Shown here piece by piece: positions 1 through 8,694 of a stretch of DNA of 64,000 nucleotides. The notes beneath the pieces were generated by a model. That model was not told the DNA's origin. It did no database searches and was given only the letters and a program-made list of their open reading frames with translations. Numbering within the stretch: the first letter of the stretch is position 1; each line of letters opens with the position of its first letter. Origin of the DNA: Pelagomonas calceolata (Eukaryota); contig CAKKNE010000006.1 in assembly GCA_918797485.1 (NCBI GenBank), positions 3,472,001 to 3,536,000 on the forward strand, written 5' to 3'. The position numbers were made by a program, and so were the translations under genes.

Positions 1-3000
1 CGGAGCCAAGCGGCGAGCGGCCAGAGCGAGTGTGTTGTATGCGCATCTGGCAGCTTCTCGGCCAGCGCTGTTGATTGTGAGGCGTGCCCCGCCGGTCGGA
101 GTCAACCGGCGAGTGGCCAGAGCGAATGCAACACTGTGTGTCTTCCGGGAACCTACGCCCCCGCTGGGTCAGCATCCTGCGATCACTGCCCGTACAACAC
201 GTACAGCAGCAGCCCAGGAGCCGCCGCCTGTGATCCTTGCCCCGACGACTTGAAAGCTGGCCTTGGGCAGTCCTACTGCTCCAGGTGCCTTCCTGGCGAA
301 GCAGAGCACATCGCTGACGACGGTCTGAGCATTACGTGCTTGAAGTGTCAAAACGGCACGTTCAGCCCACTTGGGCTCTATTGCGAGGTCCCTCCGTTGG
401 GGTGGTACACGCCAGACGCGGTTCAGAGTCTGCCATGTGCCGCCGGGAGTTTTGCCAACGAGACCTACGCCACTTCCTGCACCGCGTGTCCTGCTGGTCG
501 AAGCCAACCGGCGAGCGGCCAAAGTGAATGTATCGGGTGCGCGCCGGAAACTTATCAGCCGGACGCGGGCCATTTAGGGTGCGAGCCGTGCGCGACGTTC
601 CAGCTCGGTCGCGGGTCGCGAAGCGGTGCAGTTTCGTGTGATTATTGCGGCGCGGGCTTATATCTGGGCGACGACGCCTCCTCGGCCGACGGAAAAAATT
701 GCTTCGCCTGCCCGGCGCACGCTGACTGCGCGGCGGGTACGACGCTGGCGACGCTAAACGTTCATCCCGGCTATTGGCGCACCGGCCGCACGTCTCCGAA
801 GCTCAAGCGATGTTTCCTCGAAAGCGCTTGCGTCGGCGGCAACGCGTCGCAATGCGCACCGGGCTACCACAAGACGCTCTGCGCGTCGTGCGAGCACAAT
901 TACTACCTGGAGGTCAGCACGGGCGAGTGTTATGAATGCGACGCAGCGGCGACGCGCCGGACGCGACATTTCTTCGGGCTGCACCTGTTCATCTTGCTTC
1001 TGTTCTGCGCGTCGCCCTTCATCGTCGCGCGATTTCTACGCGCTCGTGCCCACGATGCGGCGAAGCGGCGCTTCCGGGCTCGCAGCGGGCGGTGGTCGCG
1101 GAGCGCCAAGGCCCTGCTGCCAAAGGCAGGACGTGTCGTGCCCGACGGGGAGACCAGCACGTCGCGGCCGCCGTGGGGCAAAAACTTGGTCGGCACAGCA
1201 GTCAAGGTCCACGCCGTTGGGGCTTGGCTCAGAGCAGAGATTGTCGACGTGGAGACCGACTACAGTGGCGCGCGCGGCATTTGTATTCAGTACACGGACT
1301 ACCCGTCTGCCGACGAAGAATTTCACGATTACGAGAGCGAGGACATTATGTACCTGCCTCAATCTCAGACGCCCAAGAGCGATATACCTCAGCCTCAGGA
1401 CGACGCAGACCTTGCTCGCGAGGATATACCTCAGCCTCAGGACGACGCAGACCTTGCTCGCGAGGATATACCTCAGCCTCAGGACGACGCAGACCTTGCT
1501 CGCGAGACTCCAAAGATCCACCTGCGCGAGCTTACGAACGCGTCGCTCGACCTCGACGCCATTCTGCAGGAGATCCTTCCGGACCTGATGCCGCCGCAGC
1601 TGCGCATGACGTTTGACATTTGCGACCGAATCCCGGAACTAGCTCCGCTGCGGCTGAGGCTCCTCGAGGCGTCGTTCCGCGTCGCGGTGCCGCGCCTGCC
1701 GCGCCCGCGCCTGGACGAGCTTTTCGAGTTGCTGCGTCCAGATATGAAGATTCCCGCGGAGCTGGACCTCGATGTCCTCGTGTCATTGCTCGCTGAGGCC
1801 TTCCCGCGGCTTGACGCTCCGGACCTCGCGGTGATCCTCGACCTCCTCGACGGCGTACCGCGGCCGTCGCTCGACGCGAACGTGGCGAGCGTGCTACGTC
1901 TGATCGAGGAGGCTATTGTCGTGAAGGTGAAAATCGTGGTGACGTTTCTACAATGTCTGTGCTACTTGCCTGAAGTGTACTATGCGGTGACGTGGCCCAA
2001 GCAGCTCACGGGCCTGCTGAACGTCTTCAATCCGCTGAACCTCGACGTCTTCAGTCTCGTGCAGCTCGAATGCCTCGTGGGACGGCTCACGTTCTACCAT
2101 CGGCTACTGCTCGTGACGCTGGGTCCTATATTGGTCGCGCTGGCGCTTTGTGCGGCTGCCGTCGTCGCGAGGCGGCGCGGGCGGCCCGCGGGCGCCGCAG
2201 CTTTTATCGACCTCGTGCTGAAGCTCTGCTTCTTCGTGTTCGCGTCGACGTCCACCTCGATCTTCCAGGCCTTCGCCTGCGACGACACGTTCGATGACGG
2301 GAGAGCCGTGCTCGCGGCCGACTACTCCATCTCGTGTAAAACGGATCGATGGCGGGGCTTCGCGGCATATGCGGGCATCATGGTCGCGGTGTACCCTGTC
2401 GGCATCGTCTGTCTTTTCTCGGCTTTACTCTTCAAGCACCGAAAAGCCATCGACCCGCCCCTCGGCCCGCACGGCGCTAAGCTCCTCCGGCTCGAGGAGA
2501 CGTTAAGTGTCGAACGCGATAAACGCTGCTCGCTCGCCGAGCGCGCAAAGCATGCCCAGCGGCGCGAGGACGCCAGCCTGAAGAGCGTCCGGTTCCTCTT
2601 CGTCCACTACCTGCCCAGGTACTGGTACTTCGAGGCGATCGAGTCCGTGCGACGTTTACTTGTCACCGCCGTAGCGGTAACTGTCCAACCGGGCAGCAGT
2701 ACGCAGCTCGCCTTTGGGTTGCTGACGTCTATATTGTCCCTATTACTCTACGCGGCCACGCAGCCATTTATCCACCATGCGGACAATACCCTCGCAATTC
2801 TCGGCGCCACGGTTCTCACGCTCGCGACGTTTTCTGGACTGCTCCTATCCTCCGACGTTGTGGAGGATGATGGCTGGTCGGTGCTTGGTATGGGAACGTT
2901 TCTGGCCATTTGCACGGCCCTCGTCGTCGTCTTAGGCCTCGCGCTCGCCGTCCTCGAAGCGAAGCGGCTCCTCGAGAAGCTCGCCGCCGCGGCGTCGACG

Positions 3001-3030
3001 CGCCATCGGCGGTCCGTCGAGTACTTCTAG
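1..3030 (+). CDS. Cys-rich (GCC2/GCC3, ephrin-receptor-like repeat) multi-pass membrane protein, 5'-partial
   Basis: The frame is open from base 1 to the TAG at 3028-3030. It has repeated C..C.AG.Y/F...G...C motifs, then ~7-8 hydrophobic segments and a C-terminal YLPRYWYFEAIESVRRLL motif typical of protist 7TM-like receptors. Confidence 0.8.
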   Translation, partial: RSQAASGQSECVVCASGSFSASAVDCEACPAGRSQPASGQSECNTVCLPGTYAPAGSASCDHCPYNTYSSSPGAAACDPCPDDLKAGLGQSYCSRCLPGEAEHIADDGLSITCLKCQNGTFSPLGLYCEVPPLGWYTPDAVQSLPCAAGSFANETYATSCTACPAGRSQPASGQSECIGCAPETYQPDAGHLGCEPCATFQLGRGSRSGAVSCDYCGAGLYLGDDASSADGKNCFACPAHADCAAGTTLATLNVHPGYWRTGRTSPKLKRCFLESACVGGNASQCAPGYHKTLCASCEHNYYLEVSTGECYECDAAATRRTRHFFGLHLFILLLFCASPFIVARFLRARAHDAAKRRFRARSGRWSRSAKALLPKAGRVVPDGETSTSRPPWGKNLVGTAVKVHAVGAWLRAEIVDVETDYSGARGICIQYTDYPSADEEFHDYESEDIMYLPQSQTPKSDIPQPQDDADLAREDIPQPQDDADLAREDIPQPQDDADLARETPKIHLRELTNASLDLDAILQEILPDLMPPQLRMTFDICDRIPELAPLRLRLLEASFRVAVPRLPRPRLDELFELLRPDMKIPAELDLDVLVSLLAEAFPRLDAPDLAVILDLLDGVPRPSLDANVASVLRLIEEAIVVKVKIVVTFLQCLCYLPEVYYAVTWPKQLTGLLNVFNPLNLDVFSLVQLECLVGRLTFYHRLLLVTLGPILVALALCAAAVVARRRGRPAGAAAFIDLVLKLCFFVFASTSTSIFQAFACDDTFDDGRAVLAADYSISCKTDRWRGFAAYAGIMVAVYPVGIVCLFSALLFKHRKAIDPPLGPHGAKLLRLEETLSVERDKRCSLAERAKHAQRREDASLKSVRFLFVHYLPRYWYFEAIESVRRLLVTAVAVTVQPGSSTQLAFGLLTSILSLLLYAATQPFIHHADNTLAILGATVLTLATFSGLLLSSDVVEDDGWSVLGMGTFLAICTALVVVLGLALAVLEAKRLLEKLAAAASTRHRRSVEYF
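1381..1506 (+). repeat. 3 perfect tandem copies of a 42-bp in-frame repeat (DIPQPQDDADLARE)
   Basis: gatatacctcagcctcaggacgacgcagaccttgctcgcgag occurs at 1381, 1423 and 1465. Confidence 0.95.
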
Positions 3031-3050
3031 TAATTTTTTAGTACTTGTAG

Positions 3051-3170
3051 TAACAGAGAACAGTAGTTAGACTCGGGGGAAAACGATAGCTAGCCGCGCC
3101 GCTTCGACAGCCGCCACGACCCCTCCGGATTGAATCTATCGTAGAGCGGCTCGATCTTCTGCCGCCTTTT
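3051..3170 (-). repeat. Displaced duplicate of the PRP22 3' end (26 codons, stop codon and 21-bp 3' flank)
   Basis: 3170-3090 translates to [26 protein letters not shown], identical to 8775-8695. The sequence taacagagaacagtagttaga occurs at both 3051-3071 and 8673-8693. Confidence 0.95.
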
Positions 3171-4170
3171 ACATCTTGAACGCCTTCTCTATTTTCTTTC
3201 CCCAACGATTCAGCTCCTTCGCGATCGCCTTTTTCACCTTCTTTTTCTTTTTCTTCATCTTCAGGCCCGGAATGGTGTGGACGCGGACGCGGTCGCCGAG
3301 CAGGTCGCTGTGCAGGTGCCGCAGCGCCTCTCGCTCCGAATCTAGGCTCAACTCCAATAGGCGGGAAAACAGGCTGGAATCCGACATCACCGAAGCCCCG
3401 TCACGGCCCGACCGGCTTCTACTCACACTCTCGCTTGGCGCCGCCTTCGCGATAATCCTATCCCTGGCCGCATTCACCGCGCCGAGCTCATCCGCTGCCT
3501 CGACGTAGCGGTCCGGGTCCACCGCGGCCTCGACGTAGCGGTTCCGCGCGTAACGGAGGAGCTCGTCCCAGTCCGAGAGCTCGTAGCCCTCGGCCGCAGC
3601 GCGCTCCATGATGGCCACGACCGTCGCGCGGGTGTCTTCGGGCAGGCTTGCGATTGTGGGACTGATTGTGTCCGGGTCCGTAGAATCTTCGTCCGAGGAC
3701 TCGCTGGCGACGCTCGCGGCAGCTTCTTCGGCGGCGGGCGGCGGCGGTGGCGGTGGCGGCGGCGCTACGTTGGCCGCTTCGGCGGCGAGAAGCCGGTTTC
3801 CCCAATCCAAGAGGTGCGCTCGCTTGAATTCCCTCCGGGCCTGTCCGGCGCGCGAGGCGCGACCGCCCGGCAAGAAAGCGGTGCGAGGCGCGTCCGACCG
3901 TCCGAGCCGTTTCGGGTCCGAGGCGCGGAATGCGTCCCTATAACCGTCAACCAGCCGCTGTCGCACGCCTTCGCGTCGCACCGGCGCGACCTTCTTCCAT
4001 TGACCAGAATCGTCGTACTCATCACGCCGCACACCCACATGCGCCCAGACCTTGTCGATGGCAGCTTGGTCCTGGGCCGTGATGGTCCGCTCTGCGACTC
4101 GTGATACCATCAGCACATGGCTCAACACGCGTGCCGTCGTCTGCGCCCAGTCGCCTTGGTGCCTGGACAT
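3169..4170 (-). CDS. Hypothetical protein (333 aa) with a Pro/acidic linker and Lys-rich C-terminus
   Basis: ATG-started ORF. Its stop codon abuts the duplicated PRP22 end. No family recognised. Confidence 0.55.
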   Translation of the reverse strand: MSRHQGDWAQTTARVLSHVLMVSRVAERTITAQDQAAIDKVWAHVGVRRDEYDDSGQWKKVAPVRREGVRQRLVDGYRDAFRASDPKRLGRSDAPRTAFLPGGRASRAGQARREFKRAHLLDWGNRLLAAEAANVAPPPPPPPPPAAEEAAASVASESSDEDSTDPDTISPTIASLPEDTRATVVAIMERAAAEGYELSDWDELLRYARNRYVEAAVDPDRYVEAADELGAVNAARDRIIAKAAPSESVSRSRSGRDGASVMSDSSLFSRLLELSLDSEREALRHLHSDLLGDRVRVHTIPGLKMKKKKKKVKKAIAKELNRWGKKIEKAFKM

Positions 4171-4524
4171 CTTCTTCCCAGGGTGGATGCGCGAGCATCT
4201 CCGGAAGTGGGGCTGCCCTTGAGGCTAGTAGGAAGACGCGCGGCTGCCCTTTCTATACGTCCGAACATAGGAGTGCGAGAGACCTTCAGAAGATGCATGT
4301 GGAAATCATTAGTGCGCGACGCTAGAGCCATGATCTAGCATGGCATGCCTAGCAGTACCCCAATCCCCAAATCAGAGAGGCAGCCAGATTAAGGTGCACG
4401 TTCATCGCACTCGCAGCACACACACCGCAGCGCTGCTCCCAGGGCCGCAAAACCCAAATCCCCCATGAATCCTTCTCACGAAGCACCTCATCACACCCAG
4501 GCACAAAACCAACGCAAACGCAAC

Positions 4525-4878
4525 ATGGCCGGCAAGACGATGATCCACGACAAGTCCACCGGCAAGACCTACGTCGGGTCCTTCACGCCCACGGCCACGT
4601 CCACCGCCCACCAGCAACTGGCCAGCGCCGCGGGCGTGTCGACGCGCAACGCCGTCGGCGGCGGCCTGCGCAAGGACACCGGTGGGAAGTGGCAACTTAA
4701 CCAGAAGTCCGAGTCGATCAACTCGCAGAACGGCTACAAGACGTACGGCGCGAAGAGCTGCGGCGTCGCGCACGGCAACCGCTTCGTGAGCGCCAAGTCC
4801 AACCTCAAGAACGGCAACTACTTCACCGTCTCCAACCGCGGCAGCGTCAACCGCGGGAGCAAGAAATATCGCCTGTGA
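4525..4878 (+). CDS. Small basic protein (117 aa), possibly a polymorphic-toxin (Ntox43-like) RNase fold
   Basis: Strong GC3 codon bias and ATG in a caacATGg context. Motif order xxDxxTGxxxVG...HQQLA...G....VGG...G....N..S. The family resemblance is from recall only. Confidence 0.65.
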   Translation: MAGKTMIHDKSTGKTYVGSFTPTATSTAHQQLASAAGVSTRNAVGGGLRKDTGGKWQLNQKSESINSQNGYKTYGAKSCGVAHGNRFVSAKSNLKNGNYFTVSNRGSVNRGSKKYRL

Positions 4879-5218
4879 GGCGGGCCGCCCCTCCCACTCG
4901 CATCGCGCCACCCGCGCGCGCCTCCCACCTAGCACCCCAGTAATCATCAGACGCATCCTCCGCTGAGGCTTGTTCTAGAGAATCACGCGCAAAGGACCGC
5001 GGCCACGTGCCAACGTCCAAATGCTAGTATGTCCACAGAGATTCTCCCCTTTTTGGGCCTGTGGGTGGAGCTCGCAGCGCACGTTCGTCGTAAAGCAATA
5101 CACACCCGCAGCGCTCGCTCCCCAGGCTACGCACACCCTCTGTACCCCGCGGCACAGCTTCCGCATCAAAGGGCAGCGTTCTGCGCAGGAGATTGCCCTT
5201 AGAAGCAGCAGCACGAGC

Positions 5219-8200
5219 ATGGGCGGCGGCGTATCGTCTCTCCCGGAGCAGTTCACGCTTGCCGAGGCGAAGGAGCTCGCGGGCGACAAGTGGCGCTGGC
5301 AGTGGGCGGAGAGGTTCCCGAGATATCCGGGCGCCAGGATCACCAGGGCCGAGGCGATGCGCTGCTGGAACAAGGCCGAGGCCGCGACGGCCGCACCTGA
5401 GCCCGAGCCCGAACCGGAACCCGAGCCCGAACCGGAACCTGAGACGCCACTGCACATCGCATGCGCGAATGGCCGCCTCGACATGGTGTCGCGGTTGCTG
5501 GAATCAGGAGTGGATGTTAATCAGGTGGATAACAGCGGCTCCACGCCGCTGCACACCGCCTGCCGGAACGACTACGTCACCGTGGCGGGGCTCTTGATAG
5601 ATAAAGGCGCGGAGGTCGATCGGGCGAACCACTGCGGTTTAACGCCTCTGGACATCGCGAAAAGCAAAGGCCACGAACGCATCGTCGTGCTGCTCGGAGG
5701 GGAAATGTTTTTGCCCCGTAGCGCTATGCGTACACTTGCTGCGGCCATCACCGACGACGTCGGCGCAATCACGCAACTCCTCGACGACGGCGCCGACATC
5801 GACCAGACGACCCGTTGGCTATTCATCGCCTGCCAGATCGGCCAAGTCGATGCGGCGCGGCTGCTACTGGACCAAAGCGCGGAGGTCGATCGGGCGTTGG
5901 AGGACGGTCGGACGCCGCTGATCATCGCCTGCAAGAACGGCCACGCTGTCGCGGCGCGGCTCTTGCTGGACCAAGGCGTGGACATTAATCGGGCGGATAA
6001 GTACGGTGCAACGCCGCTGCTTGCCGCCTGCACGAAGGGCCACGTCGACGCCGTGCGGCTCTTGCTGGACGAAGGCGCGGAGGTCGACCGCTCGACGGAA
6101 GGCGGTCAGACACCGTTATTCATCGCCTGCTACAACGGCCACGTCGACGCGGCGCATCTAGTGCTGGACAAAGGCGCGGAGGTAGATCGGGCGAGCGAGG
6201 GGGGCGTGACACCCCTATGGATCGCCTGCAGCGAGGGCCACGTCAACGCCGCGCGGCTGCTGCTGAAACGCGGCGCGGAGGTTGACCGGGCGATTATGGA
6301 CGGTACGACGCCGCTATGGATCGCCTGCCAAGAGGGCCACGTCGATGTCGCGCGTTTGCTGTTGGAAGAGGGAGCAGATGCCGGCCGTCTGGCCATAAAA
6401 GGCGCAACACCGCTGGACATCGCGCAGATGCAGAAAGCCATCGTCGAGCTCTTCGATGAGATGGCCCTATACGACGACGACGGATCTAAGGAGACGGGCG
6501 TCGAGGAGACTAAGTCGGCCTCGGGTCGGCGCTGGCATGGAGTGGCGAGGGCACCGCGACGATCCCCGTTTCGAGTGCCAACTCGCTACACTTCGCCTCT
6601 AGGTCGGCAAAAGCCTTTCTGGAAGCTGGTAACAGCGGGCGGATCGGCGCCGGGCCCTATGGGCGTCGAGGATAACGCATTGGCCAAAATCCCTATGGGC
6701 GTCGAGGATAACGTATTGGCCAAAATCCCCATGGGCGTCGAGGATAACGTATTGGCCAAAATCCTCCAAGAAGAAGAAGACTTATGGGCCGCTCACCAAC
6801 TGGCGTCGACAGACAAGCGGCACTGGAACCCGGCGTCAACAAATAACACGAGCGGCTTGTTGACCGGGCCTGAATACTCGAGTGATGATAGTGGAGACGG
6901 GCCTCCGGTCGACGACGCGGATTTAGATGAACTGTCCCGCCGAGTCGCTTCCGATGATGTACGTGTATCGGCTATAGGACAAGAAGCTGCGTGCGAAGCC
7001 CTTTCGGACAGACCATCTCCGACCGCCTTGCACGTCATGGACGACGGAGGCAGGGACGAAGACGAGCACCTTGCACATCACCTTGCATCGTTGGACAAAA
7101 GACCCTGTAATCCATCGTCGTTTGACCAGCCCCGCCGCGCCGACCGCCGCATAGACATCCCGCCGGCCACGGTCATCGGCCGGAAGTACCGAATCAATCA
7201 AAGGATCGCCAGTGGATCGTCTAGCGAGATATATTCGGCCACGGTCATCGGCCACGGTCATAATTTTTGCAGCTGTACAAATTGCAACAAACAAGTCGCG
7301 ATCAAGTTCGAGAAGCGGTCGGCGCGGTGTCCGCAGTTACGGCACGAATTCAAGGTGTATCGGGAGCTCCAAGGCTGCACGGGCATCGGGCGGGTGATGT
7401 ACTTTGGCACGTACCGAGATTGTAACGTCATGGTCATGGAGTTGTTGGGACCTTCGCTCGAGGACTTGTTCAATCAGTGCGGCCGACGGTTCTCATTAAA
7501 AACGACGCTCCAATTAGCCGACAAACTGCTGGAGCGGGCGGAGACTTTGCACGAGAGCCACTTGATCCACCGCGACATATCACCTGCGAACTTCGTCGTG
7601 AGCCCGCGGGGCGACACGAAAATATTCTGTATTGATTTCGGGTTGTCTAAGCGGTATAGACATCCTCATACTTTACAACATATCCCTTACCGAGACGATC
7701 GTTCCTTGACGGGGACGACTAGATATGCCTCCGTGGCGAACCACCAGGGCGTGGAGACCTCACGACGGGACGACTTGGAATCAATCGGCTATATGCTGGT
7801 CTACTTTCTGCTCGGCAGGCTCCCCTGGCAGGGCCTCAAGGTGCCGCACGGCGTCGCCGGCACCGCTTCCCTGAAACATCGCCTGATCCTGCACAAGAAG
7901 ACAACGATACCCTTGGCCGAGTTGTGTCGCGGCTGCCCCGTCGAGTTCCAGGAGTTCATCCAGTACTGTCGGGAGCTCCAGTTCGACGCGAAGCCGAACA
8001 TGATTTATGTCCGAAATCTTTTTAGGGATTTATACCGGCGGCACGGCTTCGAGAATCCGCAGCAGTGGGACTGGGATGCCGCGAGGGCACCGCCCAGGCC
8101 GCTTTCCACAGAGACGGACGACAGACCGGGCACCGCGGGTGCCGTCGCACGGCCGGGCACGGCGGACACTCTCTCTACTTCGTCCGCGCCGACGCCGCAA

Positions 8201-8632
8201 TCGCAGAAGAACCAGGACCACGCGGCACGCATCGCCGACGTGCAGTGGAAAAAGGTCTACGCGGCGACATGTGTGGGGCCGACATGTGTGGGGCCACAAG
8301 CACAAGGTCTAAGTCTACGCGGCCCGGCCTGGCCCTGGATTTCGCGCCGTGGGACAAGCGAGCGGGCGAAGGGCCACGAACGAGACCTCGTGAACGAGCT
8401 CCACGACTACGAAACGAGCGGCGGTGATCTCGACTCCATCCGCCAGCACATCGACGACGCGGCGAGTGCGCACGTCTGGGACATGTTCTTGGCGAACTAC
8501 AAGTGCTTCTCCCGGACCGGGTTAACATATCCCGTCGACGGGACATGTTATACGGCACTCACACGTGGAGGTCAAATACGGCTCATCCCCGACCGCCCCC
8601 GCCTCGGGCCCCGCCCCAAACCCCGATTCTGA
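5219..8632 (+). CDS. Ankyrin-repeat / casein kinase 1-like fusion protein
   Basis: MG N-terminus (possible myristoylation), a (PE)n tract, and many TPLxIAC..GH ankyrin repeats. The CK1 domain shows VAIKFE, MELLGPSLEDLF, HRD, IDFGLSK and SRRDDLES. Confidence 0.85.
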   Translation: MGGGVSSLPEQFTLAEAKELAGDKWRWQWAERFPRYPGARITRAEAMRCWNKAEAATAAPEPEPEPEPEPEPEPETPLHIACANGRLDMVSRLLESGVDVNQVDNSGSTPLHTACRNDYVTVAGLLIDKGAEVDRANHCGLTPLDIAKSKGHERIVVLLGGEMFLPRSAMRTLAAAITDDVGAITQLLDDGADIDQTTRWLFIACQIGQVDAARLLLDQSAEVDRALEDGRTPLIIACKNGHAVAARLLLDQGVDINRADKYGATPLLAACTKGHVDAVRLLLDEGAEVDRSTEGGQTPLFIACYNGHVDAAHLVLDKGAEVDRASEGGVTPLWIACSEGHVNAARLLLKRGAEVDRAIMDGTTPLWIACQEGHVDVARLLLEEGADAGRLAIKGATPLDIAQMQKAIVELFDEMALYDDDGSKETGVEETKSASGRRWHGVARAPRRSPFRVPTRYTSPLGRQKPFWKLVTAGGSAPGPMGVEDNALAKIPMGVEDNVLAKIPMGVEDNVLAKILQEEEDLWAAHQLASTDKRHWNPASTNNTSGLLTGPEYSSDDSGDGPPVDDADLDELSRRVASDDVRVSAIGQEAACEALSDRPSPTALHVMDDGGRDEDEHLAHHLASLDKRPCNPSSFDQPRRADRRIDIPPATVIGRKYRINQRIASGSSSEIYSATVIGHGHNFCSCTNCNKQVAIKFEKRSARCPQLRHEFKVYRELQGCTGIGRVMYFGTYRDCNVMVMELLGPSLEDLFNQCGRRFSLKTTLQLADKLLERAETLHESHLIHRDISPANFVVSPRGDTKIFCIDFGLSKRYRHPHTLQHIPYRDDRSLTGTTRYASVANHQGVETSRRDDLESIGYMLVYFLLGRLPWQGLKVPHGVAGTASLKHRLILHKKTTIPLAELCRGCPVEFQEFIQYCRELQFDAKPNMIYVRNLFRDLYRRHGFENPQQWDWDAARAPPRPLSTETDDRPGTAGAVARPGTADTLSTSSAPTPQSQKNQDHAARIADVQWKKVYAATCVGPTCVGPQAQGLSLRGPAWPWISRRGTSERAKGHERDLVNELHDYETSGGDLDSIRQHIDDAASAHVWDMFLANYKCFSRTGLTYPVDGTCYTALTRGGQIRLIPDRPRLGPRPKPRF
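6656..6763 (+). repeat. 3 tandem copies of a 36-bp in-frame repeat (PMGVEDN[AV]LAKI)
   Basis: Near-identical units start at 6656, 6692 and 6728. Confidence 0.9.
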
Positions 8633-8694
8633 AAAATTTAGGGTGAGAACTACAAGGCACCTTCGCGAAGACTAACAGAGAACAGTAGTTAGAT

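Noticed and set aside
1381..1506. CRISPR-like array
   Set aside because: The repeats are contiguous, in frame and have no spacers; the DNA is eukaryotic and no cas genes are present.
5021..5218. Upstream start extensions from the ORF track (also 11999, 22401, 31260, 37271, 45296, 58171)
   Set aside because: The extensions run through promoter-like DNA; downstream ATGs give better N-termini (signal peptides or family starts).
3171..8672. Autonomous transposon or prophage call for the PRP22-flanked block
   Set aside because: No recognisable integrase, transposase, reverse transcriptase or terminal inverted repeats, so it was not annotated as a mobile element.
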